From positions 1-41,977 of the IMG/VR virus record IMGVR_UViG_2563366853_000004: a stretch of 41,977 nt of DNA; one strand, 5' to 3'. The notes under the pieces are model-generated. The model worked only from the letters and a program-made list of their open reading frames with translations, did not search any database and was not told the origin of the DNA. A program made the translations under genes and the position numbers. Source of the stretch: a virus (Duplodnaviria; Heunggongvirae; Uroviricota; Caudoviricetes). Each line of letters starts with the position of its first letter. Position 1 is the stretch's first letter. Shown here in pieces: positions 9,148-17,616 of the stretch.

Positions 9148-9300
9148 TCATTTCCTGCGATACCACGGAAGGTTGATAGCTGATTTCATCGCTTTATTTG
9201 CTTCAAGCCACATTTTTGAATCACCAATAAATCTGGCTATTACTGCTTTGTTCTGTGCAGCACGAAGCATCTGGTGATTAATGGCTATTTCATTGCGCAT
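9148..9300 (-). CDS. kil: Kil-like host-killing peptide (candidate FtsZ inhibitor)
   Basis: Hand-translated 50-aa ORF with GAGG 7 nt upstream; the IARFIGDSKMW segment resembles my recollection of lambda Kil; sits just downstream of cIII as in lambda. Confidence 0.45.
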   Translation of the reverse strand: MRNEIAINHQMLRAAQNKAVIARFIGDSKMWLEANKAMKSAINLPWYRRK

Positions 9301-9410
9301 AATAAGACCTCAACTCTTTTCCATCCGTCACGTAATTTACTGGTGATTCGTTCAAGTAAAGATTCGGAAGGGCAGCCAGCAACAGGCCACCCTGCAATGG
9401 CATATTGCAT
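9285..9410 (-). CDS. cIII: CIII-like FtsH inhibitor with shortened, divergent C-terminus
   Basis: MQYAIAGWPVAGCPSESLLERITSKLRDGWKR matches the lambda CIII N-terminus and core; GGAG upstream of the ATG at 9410; ends after 41 aa versus 54 in lambda. Confidence 0.75.
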   Translation of the reverse strand: MQYAIAGWPVAGCPSESLLERITSKLRDGWKRVEVLLCAMK

Positions 9411-9631
9411 GGTGTGCTCCTTATTTATACATAACGAAAAACGCCTCGAGTGAAGCGTTATTGGTATGCATATAAAAAGGCCCTCACACTGGAGGGCAAA
9501 GAAGATTTCCAATAATCAGAACAAGTCGGCTCCTGTTTAGTTACGAGCGACATTGCTCCGTGTATTCACTCGTTGGGATGAATACACAGTGCAGTGTTTA
9601 TTCTGTTGTTAGTGCCAAAAATAAAGGCCGA

Positions 9632-10255
9632 CTATGCGGCCTCGGAAGGAAGTCCAATCATCTTATTCAAATCTTCTACCCGTAAAGCAGGAAGTGCTGT
9701 ACTTGCTTTATCTGCTTCTTTTGGTAGCAATTCTTTGCTTTCAGGCCAAACTTCAATAAGTCGCTTAACTGTTGTGACTGAGTTCAAAGCAGCCCATACA
9801 TTTGATTCGATATCCTTTTTCTTGGCTTCAAGTTTTTGTTGCAATGCGCAGATTTCATCAAACCTTTTTGTTATTTCGTGTTCTGCGCTAAACATGCATT
9901 TATCTTTGGTCGGAGTAGGGAGCAATATATCTTCGCCGTTGCCGTCTTTCCCATATGAATGCCATCCAACCCTTCTGCCAGATACAGTCAGATAAATTGA
10001 AGTAGAACTAACATCGTATGAGTAAAATGAACATCCCATCTTTTCAAGTTCTTCACTTATAGCTACCAACTTGGATGATAACTGATCCACTTCCTCAGTT
10101 TTCTTTTTACCGCCAAACGCAATAACTCTGGCGTCAAGTGCAAGCTGGTTCTTTAACTTTGTTACTTCTTCAAGTTCAGTGAAAACCCCAGACTTAATTA
10201 AAGCGTTACGAGCGATTTCCTCTTTCATTCTCGTAGTTAAGCGGATTGATGACAT
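9632..10255 (-). CDS. Hypothetical 207-aa protein immediately downstream of N, AT-rich
   Basis: GAGG 7 nt upstream of the ATG at 10255 (MSSIRLTTRMKEEIARNAL…); no TM segments or recognisable motifs; occupies the ral/sieB position of the pL operon. Confidence 0.6.
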   Translation of the reverse strand: MSSIRLTTRMKEEIARNALIKSGVFTELEEVTKLKNQLALDARVIAFGGKKKTEEVDQLSSKLVAISEELEKMGCSFYSYDVSSTSIYLTVSGRRVGWHSYGKDGNGEDILLPTPTKDKCMFSAEHEITKRFDEICALQQKLEAKKKDIESNVWAALNSVTTVKRLIEVWPESKELLPKEADKASTALPALRVEDLNKMIGLPSEAA

Positions 10256-10266
10256 ATTAATTCCTC

Positions 10267-10593
10267 TCAAATAAGTGGTTTGCTGCCTAATTTCATTTTC
10301 TGGCGACCAACACAAGTCACGCCCATTTCACTGCGTGGCTTGCTGTACCATGTGCGCTGATTCTTGCGCTCAATACGTTGCAGGTTGCTTTCAATCTGTT
10401 CGTGGTATTCAGCCAGCACCGTAAGGTCTATCGGATTCAGTGCGCTTTCTACTCGTGATTTCGGTTTGCGATTCAGCGAGAGAATAGGGCGGTTAACTGG
10501 TTTTGCGCTTACCCCAACCAACAGGGGATTTGCTGCTTTCCATTGAGCCTGTTTCTCTGCGCGACGTTCGCGGCGGCGTGTTTGTGCATCCAT
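10267..10593 (-). CDS. N: Antitermination protein N
   Basis: MDAQTRRRERRAEKQAQWKAANPLLVGVSAKPVNRPILSLNRKPKSRVESALNPIDLTVLAEYH… is lambda N with a few C-terminal differences. Confidence 0.95.
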   Translation of the reverse strand: MDAQTRRRERRAEKQAQWKAANPLLVGVSAKPVNRPILSLNRKPKSRVESALNPIDLTVLAEYHEQIESNLQRIERKNQRTWYSKPRSEMGVTCVGRQKMKLGSKPLI

Positions 10594-10703
10594 CTGGATT
10601 CTCCTGTCAGTTAGCTTTGAGTAACGCGCCGTGATGCTTATCTCCACGGTTGCTGTCTTGCAGCTGCATTTCGCGCTACTCAAAGCCTTCTGCTTTGAAT
10701 GCT

Positions 10704-10734
10704 GCCCTTCTTCAGGGCTTAATTTTTAAGAGCG
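10704..10734 (-). promoter_or_regulatory. nutL (boxA CGCTCTTAAAAA and boxB GCCCTGAAGAAGGGC on the leftward transcript)
   Basis: Reverse complement of 10704..10734 gives lambda boxA and the boxB hairpin upstream of N. Confidence 0.85.
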
Positions 10735-10860
10735 TCACCTTCATGGTGGTCAGTGCGTCCTGCTGATGGCTAAATAGTACGATTTGTACTTTATCGAGTC
10801 AATACAAAATGTTCTAAATATAATTGGTTTTTTATAACACTTTGTATTTAATGGGTTTAT
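10735..10860 (-). promoter_or_regulatory. pL/OL region (leftward early promoter with candidate operator half-sites)
   Basis: Lies between the cI terminator and nutL; contains the inverted repeat AGTACgatttGTACT; operator sequences differ from lambda, consistent with the different repressor N-domain. Confidence 0.45.
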
Positions 10861-10863
10861 ATT

Positions 10864-10897
10864 TTGGAAAAAGAAAACCCGACGCTAAGGTCGGGTT
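10864..10897 (-). terminator. Rho-independent terminator downstream of cI
   Basis: Hairpin AACCCGAC-gctaag-GTCGGGTT followed by a U-tract on the minus strand, about 30 bp after the cI stop. Confidence 0.6.
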
Positions 10898-10927
10898 ATT
10901 GTTGTGTGTTTTAGAGTGGTGAGGCTG

Positions 10928-11586
10928 TTAACTAAATGTCTCTTCAGGCCACTGGCTGGCGATAACTTTCCCTACTACGGAACAGCTATCATTGCATGGA
11001 ATCATTGGATATTGCGGGTTTAGTGGCTGTAGGAACACCTGACCGCTATCCCTGATCAGTTTCTTGAAGGTAAACTCGTCACCACCAAGTCTGGCTATGC
11101 AGAAATCACCTGGCTCAACAGCCTGCTCAGGGTCAACGAGAATTAACATCCCGTCAGGAAAGCTTGGCTTGGATCCTGTTGGCGCGGTCATGGAATTACC
11201 TTCAACTTCAAGCCAGAACGCACAATCACTGGCTTTTTTGGTTGTGCTGACCCATCTCTCCGCATCACCTTTGGTAAAGGTTCTAAGCTCAGGCGAGAAC
11301 ATCCCGGCCTGAACATGAGAAAAAACAGGGTACTCATATTGTTTTTTAACGGGGGCAGATGAGTATTCGCCAACAGGTGAAAATGTACCGTCGTGGTTGA
11401 ATGAGACGTTATCAATACCAAGGTATTTAAACACCACACCAATCTCGTCAAGAGATGGATGACGAGATCCGCGCAACCAGTGACCAATTCCACCCTGCGT
11501 CATACCAAGCTCTTCAGCTAACTTCTCTTGAGTTATGCCGAGCTCTTTCATTCTGGATCTAGCCAGTTCATACCATTTCATTTTCA
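10928..11586 (-). CDS. cI: CI-type repressor: lambda C-terminal domain fused to a non-lambda N-terminal HTH domain
   Basis: The C-terminal ~130 aa ([38 protein letters not shown]…[15 protein letters not shown]) are near-identical to lambda CI; the N-terminal ~95 aa ([37 protein letters not shown]…) are not. Start is 11586 or 11580. Confidence 0.85.
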
Positions 11587-11698
11587 TACCCTTATTATTA
11601 CGCTCTGTACTAAAACCATCCATGCACAAGATGTATTTTTTGTTTGCATTCTAAAAGTACATATCGTATTATTGTTTCATGGTTACTATGGAGGGCAT
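11587..11698. promoter_or_regulatory. OR/pRM/pR divergent promoter-operator region
   Basis: 112-bp AT-rich interval between divergent cI and cro, containing AGTAC-type motifs (AAAGTACATATCGTATT) similar to the OL side. Confidence 0.55.
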
Positions 11699-11914
11699 AT
11701 GAGCAACCTACGAAAATATCGAGAGTCACTGAATATCTCTCAAACAACACTTGCTAAGGCAGTTGGATGCACACAGGGAGCTATCGGACATTGGGAATCT
11801 GGTCGTCGCTTCCCAGACCTTAAAACATGCCGTGCTCTTGTTGAGTGCCTAAACAAGTTAGGCGCAAAAGTCAGTCTTGATGACGTGTTCCCGCCGGAAC
11901 ACAAAGCCGCTTAA
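11699..11914 (+). CDS. cro: Cro-like HTH repressor (XRE family, not lambda Cro)
   Basis: GGAGGG SD; MSNLRKYRESLNISQTTLAKAVGCTQGAIGHWESGRRFP… shares the TQGxIGHW helix motif with the CI N-domain. Confidence 0.8.
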   Translation: MSNLRKYRESLNISQTTLAKAVGCTQGAIGHWESGRRFPDLKTCRALVECLNKLGAKVSLDDVFPPEHKAA

Positions 11915-11922
11915 GACATTCC

Positions 11923-11955
11923 AGCTCTTACACATCCCAGCCCTGAAAAAGGGCA
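11923..11955 (+). promoter_or_regulatory. nutR (boxA GCTCTTACA, boxB GCCCTGAAAAAGGGC)
   Basis: Exact lambda boxB hairpin and boxA-like element between cro and cII; the tR1 region follows. Confidence 0.85.
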
Positions 11956-12033
11956 TCAAATTAAACCACACCTATGGTGTATGCATTTATTTGCATACAT
12001 TCAATCAATTGTTATCTAAGGAAATACTTACAT

Positions 12034-12327
12034 ATGGTTCGTGCAAACAAACGCAACGAGGCTCTACGAATCGAGAGTGCGTTGCTTAACAAAATCGCAA
12101 TGCTTGGAACTGAGAAGACAGCGGAAGCTGTGGGAGTTGATAAGTCGCAGATCAGCAGGTGGAAGAGGGACTGGATTCCAAAGTTCTCAATGCTGCTTGC
12201 TGTTCTTGAATGGGGCGTCGTTGACGACGACATGGCTCGATTGGCACGACAAGTTGCTTCGATTCTCACCAATAAAAAACGCCCGGCGGCAACCGAGCGT
12301 TCTGATCAAATCCAGATGGAGTTCTGA
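12034..12327 (+). CDS. cII: Transcriptional activator CII
   Basis: [75 protein letters not shown]… is lambda CII. Confidence 0.95.
   Translation: MVRANKRNEALRIESALLNKIAMLGTEKTAEAVGVDKSQISRWKRDWIPKFSMLLAVLEWGVVDDDMARLARQVASILTNKKRPAATERSDQIQMEF
12042..12055 (-). promoter_or_regulatory. pRE CII-binding site (TTGCGTTTGTTTGC) within the cII 5' end
   Basis: Minus-strand TTGC-N6-TTGC repeat at the same position as lambda pRE. Confidence 0.75.
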
Positions 12328-12359
12328 GGTCATTACTGGATCTATCAACAGGAGTAATT

Positions 12360-12506
12360 ATGACAAAACAACTCAGTCCTTACCAGGACAAAATTCACAA
12401 ACACATACTACGTGATCGCTTCCTGTCCAGCTTCAAGCAGCCTGGTCGATTCCGGGCTGAGTTGGAAAAAGTGAAGCTGATGCAGAAGGAGAAAGGTCAT
12501 GAGTAA
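12360..12506 (+). CDS. Small hypothetical ORF between cII and the replication initiator
   Basis: Hand-translated 48-aa ORF with CAGGAG upstream; overlaps the O-like gene start; uncertain. Confidence 0.3.
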   Translation: MTKQLSPYQDKIHKHILRDRFLSSFKQPGRFRAELEKVKLMQKEKGHE

Positions 12507-13359
12507 TCTTGCAACCGTAACACATTTAAGGCCTTCACAACGGCCTGTGGAGCGTTGTGTGGCAGAAGTTGAAGATGGTTATACCCGTCTTGCAAATGCC
12601 CTGTATGAAGAGCTTATCGGCGCTGATTTAACGAAAAATCAGAGCAAGGTTGCCCACGCCATATGCCGTAAAACATACGGCTACGGTAAAAAGATGGATC
12701 GCATCTCTGATAGTCAGTTAGCTCAAATTACCAGGCTGCCAAGACAGAAGGTAAACAAGGCCAAGAATGAGCTTATCGCGATGAAGGTTATCCTTCGCGA
12801 AGGCCAGCAAATCGGGCCTAACAAGAACATCGAGGAATGGCAAATCGAAGGATGTCACTACACTGGTGATAATGTCACTGCATTGGTGACAAAAAGTGTC
12901 ACCAAAACGGTGACAGCGCTGTCACCAAAACAGGGACACACAAAAGAAACTATTACAAAAGAAAAAAGAAATAATAAAAACACTATGTCCGAAAGTGTTC
13001 GGACGGAGTGTGAAAAATCACCTGACCGTCACGAAGAAACCGACAAGGCATTCGAGGAAATATTCTGGTGTGCAGGCATGCGAAAAGCCGGGAAGAAAAA
13101 CGCAGCTTCAGCATTCAGAACACAGTTCAGGGAATGGCGTAAAACTACAAGGGGTACGGCAAGCGAGTTTGCCACGATGCTGGCAGAAGACATCGCATGC
13201 AGGAATGGTAAGCAGTTCGGATTCGACAGGTTGTTACCATCGAGCTACCTGAACGGTCAGCGCTGGAACGACGAAAAGCCAGAAACCATTCAACCACAAT
13301 CCAAACCATCATCCGCAATCACCGTATCGAAAACTGGCTACGTGTTTTTCGACAGGTGA
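12499..13359 (+). CDS. O-like replication initiator (iteron-binding)
   Basis: 286-aa ORF at the lambda O position with the replication origin embedded in mid-gene, as in lambda O; sequence is not lambda O. Confidence 0.7.
   Translation: MSNLATVTHLRPSQRPVERCVAEVEDGYTRLANALYEELIGADLTKNQSKVAHAICRKTYGYGKKMDRISDSQLAQITRLPRQKVNKAKNELIAMKVILREGQQIGPNKNIEEWQIEGCHYTGDNVTALVTKSVTKTVTALSPKQGHTKETITKEKRNNKNTMSESVRTECEKSPDRHEETDKAFEEIFWCAGMRKAGKKNAASAFRTQFREWRKTTRGTASEFATMLAEDIACRNGKQFGFDRLLPSSYLNGQRWNDEKPETIQPQSKPSSAITVSKTGYVFFDR
12853..12990. repeat. Replication origin: four ~19-bp iterons plus an AT-rich tract
   Basis: TGTCACTACACTGGTGATA, ATGTCACTGCATTGGTGACA, AGTGTCACCAAAACGGTGACA, GCTGTCACCAAAACAGGGACA in tandem, then an A-rich stretch (AAACTATTACAAAAGAAAAAAGAAATAATAAAAACACT). 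Confidence 0.75.
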
Positions 13360-13466
13360 ACCATGAAATCAAAAATCAAATCGCTACTGGTCGCTGGTTA
13401 TAACCACGGCTGGTTAAGTATTTCGTTTGTCGATTTCTGGTTTAAAAATCTCAATCTGAGGGAATC

Positions 13467-15347
13467 ATGACGCCAAGTGAACTTAGCGACCTGCTTTGGG
13501 CGCAGGTTGACAGGGTGGCTCCGCACCTGTTGCCAAACGGCAAGAAAGAGGGGCATGAGTGGGTTGCCGGTAACGTCAACGGTGACAAGGGAAACAGCCT
13601 TAAGGTCAACCTTAGCGGCAAGAAAAAATGGGCTGATTTCGCTGAGGGAGACGGCGGTGACATGCTTGATTTGTGGATGTCATGTCGTGGAATTAACCTG
13701 CATCAGGCTATGCAGGAAGCGAAAGCATTTCTCGGTATCAAGGATGACGATCACCATTTCGATGCCAAACGTGAGAAGAAATTCTCCAGACCTGATCGCA
13801 AGAAAATCGCCCGCTACGTTACCAGAACAGAATCCCATCTTGAGTACCTGCAATCGCGTGGCATATCGCCAGAAGTCGTAAAGCGCTACGAGGTTGTCAG
13901 CGGCAAGGTGTGGAATGGAGAGCGGGAACTGGATGCTCTGGTGATTCCGTACAAACGCGATGGTGAGTTGTTGCAGGTCAAGCGAATCAGCACTGAGCGC
14001 CCGGACGGGAAGAAAGTCATTATGGCAGAAGGTGATTGCGAACCTTGTCTGTTCGGATGGCAGGCTCTGGACGCTGGCGTGAGGGCGGTTGTACTTTGCG
14101 AAGGCGAAATTGATTGTATGAGCTATGCGCAATACGGCATCTCGGCGTTATCCGTGCCGTTTGGTGGCGGGAAAGGCGCTAAGCAGCAGTGGATTGAGTT
14201 TGAGTATCACAATCTCGACAGGTTTGAGGAAATATTCATCTCGATGGACGTTGATGATGTTGGTCGTGAAGCCGCAAGGGAAATCGCAAGCCGACTCGGT
14301 GAACATCGTTGCCGTCTTGTTACTCTGCCGTACAAAGACATCAACGAATGCCTGATGAACGGTGTTACCGAGGATGAAATCTGGCAGTACATCGGCACGG
14401 CATCCTACTTCGATCCTGAAGAACTCTACAGCGCGCGAGAGTTTTACCAGGACACTATCAACGCTTTCTACGGCAAGCAGCAGTATCTGTTTAATCCACC
14501 GTGGGAATCTCTGGCAGATAAATTCCAGTTCCGTGAGGCCGAGTTGACGCTGGTCAATGGTGTGAACGGTCACGGAAAAACGGAGGTTGTCGGGCATATG
14601 GCACTTGAGGCAATGCGTCAGGGTGTGAAGACGTGCATCGCGTCACTTGAGCTGAAGCCAGGCATTCTCCTTAAGAGACTTACCCGTCAGGCGACGTGCT
14701 GCAAGATGCCGCCAGTGCTGGAAATTGACTCTGCATTTAAATTTTATGACGAAAGACTTTGGGTGTTTGGCCTGACCGGAACGGCGAAAGCCGACAGGCT
14801 GATCGAAATATTCGACTACGCTCGCCGCCGATACGGCATCCAGTTATTCATCATCGACAGCCTGATGAAATGTGGCATAGGCGACGATGACTATAACGGG
14901 CAGAAAGCGTTTGTTGACTCGATTTGCGATTTCAAAAACAAAACAAACTCCCACGTCATTCTCGTTACTCACTCGCGAAAAGGTGACAGCGAAGAAAAAC
15001 CAACCGGGAAAATGGACGTAAAAGGCTCTGGAGCGATAACAGACCTGACAGACAACCTTTTCATCATCTGGCGTAACAAGGCTCGCGAGAGAGCGTTACA
15101 GAGAGTTCAGAGTGGTGAAAAGATGTCAGAGAAGGACGAACAGCTACTGGCATCTCCGGCATCTGTTTTGATGCTTGAAAAACAACGTAACGGCGAAGGT
15201 TGGGAAGGTGGTGTCCCGTTGTTCCTTGACGAGCAATCGCACCAGTTCCTGCAACTTGAATCAGGATCGCCATATAGCTACATCGCCAATATGCCGAAAT
15301 CGGAATATGACGAGGCGTGGCGACAGGAAAACGTGACGGAGTATTAA
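13467..15347 (+). CDS. Bifunctional DNA primase (Toprim) and DnaB-like replicative helicase
   Basis: 626-aa ORF with GAGGG SD; N-terminal acidic motifs (VVLCEGEIDCMSY…ISMDVDDVG) suggest Toprim; C-terminal Walker A-like GVNGHGKTE and Walker B-like LFIIDSLM suggest a DnaB/RecA-fold helicase. Replaces lambda P. Confidence 0.75.
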   Translation: MTPSELSDLLWAQVDRVAPHLLPNGKKEGHEWVAGNVNGDKGNSLKVNLSGKKKWADFAEGDGGDMLDLWMSCRGINLHQAMQEAKAFLGIKDDDHHFDAKREKKFSRPDRKKIARYVTRTESHLEYLQSRGISPEVVKRYEVVSGKVWNGERELDALVIPYKRDGELLQVKRISTERPDGKKVIMAEGDCEPCLFGWQALDAGVRAVVLCEGEIDCMSYAQYGISALSVPFGGGKGAKQQWIEFEYHNLDRFEEIFISMDVDDVGREAAREIASRLGEHRCRLVTLPYKDINECLMNGVTEDEIWQYIGTASYFDPEELYSAREFYQDTINAFYGKQQYLFNPPWESLADKFQFREAELTLVNGVNGHGKTEVVGHMALEAMRQGVKTCIASLELKPGILLKRLTRQATCCKMPPVLEIDSAFKFYDERLWVFGLTGTAKADRLIEIFDYARRRYGIQLFIIDSLMKCGIGDDDYNGQKAFVDSICDFKNKTNSHVILVTHSRKGDSEEKPTGKMDVKGSGAITDLTDNLFIIWRNKARERALQRVQSGEKMSEKDEQLLASPASVLMLEKQRNGEGWEGGVPLFLDEQSHQFLQLESGSPYSYIANMPKSEYDEAWRQENVTEY

Positions 15348-15428
15348 ATGACCATCTACATCACTGAGCTGATAGCAGGCCTGCTGGTAATCGCAGGCCT
15401 TTTTATTTGGGGGAGAGGGAAGTCATGA
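15348..15428 (+). CDS. Tiny hydrophobic ORF (26 aa)
   Basis: [26 protein letters not shown]; start abuts the upstream stop (TAAATG) and its stop overlaps the ninB start; uncertain. Confidence 0.25.
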   Translation: MTIYITELIAGLLVIAGLFIWGRGKS

Positions 15429-15865
15429 AAAAACTAACCTTTGAAATTCGATCTCCAGCACATCAGCAAAACGCTATTCACGCAGTACAGCAAATCCTTC
15501 CAGACCCAACCAAACCAATCGTAGTAACCATTCAGGAACGTAACCGCAGCTTAGACCAGAATCGAAAGCTTTGGGCTTGCCTTGGTGACGTCTCTCGTCA
15601 GGTTGAATGGCATGGTCGCTGGCTGGATGCAGAAAGCTGGAAGTGCGTTTTTACAGCAGCATTAAAGCAGCAGGACGTTGTTCCTAACCTTGCCGGGAAT
15701 GGCTTTGTGGTAATAGGCCAGTCAACCAGCAGGATGCGTGTAAGCGAATTTGCGGAGCTATTAGAGCTTATACAGGCATTCGGTACAGAGCGTGGCGTTA
15801 AGTGGTCAGACGAAGCTCGACTGGCTCTGGAGTGGAAAGCAAGATGGGGAGACAGGGCGGCATGA
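15425..15865 (+). CDS. ninB: NinB (Orf-family recombination mediator)
   Basis: [56 protein letters not shown]… matches lambda NinB. Confidence 0.9.
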   Translation: MKKLTFEIRSPAHQQNAIHAVQQILPDPTKPIVVTIQERNRSLDQNRKLWACLGDVSRQVEWHGRWLDAESWKCVFTAALKQQDVVPNLAGNGFVVIGQSTSRMRVSEFAELLELIQAFGTERGVKWSDEARLALEWKARWGDRAA

Positions 15866-16038
15866 GACGACAGCGACGAAGTATCACCGACATCATCTGC
15901 GAAAACTGCAAATACCTTCCAACGAAACGCTCCAGAAATAAACGCAAGCCAATCCCAAAAGAATCTGACGTAAAAACCTTCAACTACACGGCTCACCTGT
16001 GGGATATCCGGTGGCTAAGACATCGTGCGAGGAAATGA
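15862..16038 (+). CDS. ninD: NinD
   Basis: [52 protein letters not shown]… matches lambda NinD; ATGA coupling to ninB. Confidence 0.85.
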   Translation: MRRQRRSITDIICENCKYLPTKRSRNKRKPIPKESDVKTFNYTAHLWDIRWLRHRARK

Positions 16039-16442
16039 CAATGCTTTTAATTCAACCTGGATTTGGCCTTAGCATCAAAAAAGGGCACATGTTTGGCGAG
16101 AAAGAGTCTCAACGAAAAATGGTGTCTATCCGGTTGCCATTTATCAGTATTTATTGGCTAAACAGGGAGGCAACAAATTATTGGTATACCTGCGCCAGAG
16201 CAGCATTTAACGACCCTGAGTGGTTTGTAGAAAACCATCACGCTGTTCGTCAGGCAAAGAGAAAGGCCAATACGACATATATGAAGGCATATCAGGATGC
16301 CTGGGAAGAACATCGTGGCCGATACCAAAAAAACATTGAAAAACTTGAATCAGAAAATATGGACCTAAGAAGAAAACTTGGTGAAGCACGTCGAGACATC
16401 GATGCTTACAAGCGACTTTTTAATGGTGAAAGCCATGCTTAG
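16035..16442 (+). CDS. Hypothetical nin-region protein
   Basis: 135-aa ORF with ATGA coupling to ninD; occupies the ninE position but does not match my recollection of NinE. Confidence 0.45.
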   Translation: MTMLLIQPGFGLSIKKGHMFGEKESQRKMVSIRLPFISIYWLNREATNYWYTCARAAFNDPEWFVENHHAVRQAKRKANTTYMKAYQDAWEEHRGRYQKNIEKLESENMDLRRKLGEARRDIDAYKRLFNGESHA

Positions 16443-16611
16443 CCCATCACAAACCATTCAATACCAGAAAGAAAGCGTCGAACGAGCTTTAACGTGCGCT
16501 AACTGCGGTCAGAAACTGCATGTGCTGGAAGTTCACGTGTGCTCCGATTGCTGCGCAGAACTGATGAGCGATCCGAATAGCTCAATGTACGAGGAAGAAG
16601 ACGATGAATGA
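16435..16611 (+). CDS. ninF: NinF
   Basis: [36 protein letters not shown]…ELMSDPNSSM matches lambda NinF. Confidence 0.85.
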   Translation: MLSPSQTIQYQKESVERALTCANCGQKLHVLEVHVCSDCCAELMSDPNSSMYEEEDDE

Positions 16612-17326
16612 GTTAATAAATGGCAATGCCATCAAAATGACAAGCATTGAAATCGCTGAGTTGGTGGGTAAGCGTCATGACAATGTGAAACGTACCATCG
16701 AAACGCTGGCTAAAAATGGTGTTATCCGGCTTCCTCAAATTGAGGATTGTGGAAGAATCAATGGGTTAGGCTTAAATCAAAGTTTTTGTGTGTATGTATT
16801 CGAAGGCGAACAAGGAAAGCGAGACAGTATTGTCGTTGTAGCCCAGTTGTCGCCGGAATTCACCGCTCGTCTTGTTGACCGTTGGCGAGAGCTTGAAGAA
16901 ACTGCGGTTAATATCCCCAAAACGCTACCAGAAGCGTTGCGCCTTGCTGCTGATCTTGCTGAGCAGAAAATGCAACTGGAAAACCAGCTCGCAATTGCCG
17001 CACCTAAAGTTGAGTTTGCCGATCGCGTTGGCGAGGCCAGCGGAATTTTGATTGGAAACTTTGCAAAGGTTGTCGGTATTGGTCCAAACAAACTGTTTGC
17101 GTGGATGCGCGATCACAAAATCCTTATTGCTTCAGGTTCCCGGCGCAATGTGCCAATGCAGGAATATATGGATCGCGGCTATTTCACAGTGAAAGAAACA
17201 GCGGTCAACACAAATCACGGAATACAGATATCGTTCACCACAAAAATCACCGGGCGTGGTCAACAGTGGCTGACCAGAAAGCTGCTCGATAACGGAATGC
17301 TGAAAGTAACAGGGGAGGCTGCTTAA
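16604..17326 (+). CDS. Phage antirepressor-like protein (Rha/Ant N-terminal with KilA-C type C-terminal domain)
   Basis: 240-aa ORF; domain architecture recalled from Ant/KilAC-family antirepressors; not a lambda gene. Confidence 0.6.
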   Translation: MNELINGNAIKMTSIEIAELVGKRHDNVKRTIETLAKNGVIRLPQIEDCGRINGLGLNQSFCVYVFEGEQGKRDSIVVVAQLSPEFTARLVDRWRELEETAVNIPKTLPEALRLAADLAEQKMQLENQLAIAAPKVEFADRVGEASGILIGNFAKVVGIGPNKLFAWMRDHKILIASGSRRNVPMQEYMDRGYFTVKETAVNTNHGIQISFTTKITGRGQQWLTRKLLDNGMLKVTGEAA

Positions 17327-17616
17327 TGGCTAACCTACGCAAAGAAGCGCGCGGCAGAGAATGCCAGGTACGTATTTACGGCGTATGCAATGGCAATCCT
17401 GAAACTACAGTTCTGGCACATTACCGGATGGCTGGAATTTGCGGAACGGGAATGAAGCCTGACGACCTGATCGGCGCATGGGCTTGTAGCGCGTGTCACG
17501 ATGAAATCGACCGACGCACAATGATTCTCGACAACAAAGATGCCAGACTTTACCACCTCGAAGGCGTGATCAGGACGCAGGCGATACTGCTGAAGGAGGG
17601 GAAGATTAAGCCATGA
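17326..17616 (+). CDS. DUF1364/YbcO-like small Cys/His-rich protein (putative nuclease)
   Basis: 96-aa ORF with CxxC…CxxC/H arrangement (CQVRIYGVCNGN…CSACHDE); length and position upstream of rusA match DLP12 ybcO as I recall it. Confidence 0.5.
   Translation: MANLRKEARGRECQVRIYGVCNGNPETTVLAHYRMAGICGTGMKPDDLIGAWACSACHDEIDRRTMILDNKDARLYHLEGVIRTQAILLKEGKIKP

Noticed and set aside
9047-9151. 35-aa acidic ORF between kil and the 103-aa gene
   Set aside because: SD is only 1-2 nt from the ATG and it overlaps the better-supported downstream start; possibly real but unsupported.
10594-10927. Possible rexA/rexB exclusion genes between cI and pL
   Set aside because: Only ~335 bp separates cI from N, containing a terminator, pL/OL and nutL; there is no room for rexAB, which are absent.
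11064-11493. ORFs overlapping cI on both strands
   Set aside because: Embedded in cI, whose C-terminal domain matches lambda CI residue for residue; overlapping frames are spurious.
13451-14597. Minus-strand and alternative-frame ORFs within the primase-helicase gene
   Set aside because: Fully embedded in a long, well-supported coding frame on the opposite strand; no ribosome-binding sites.
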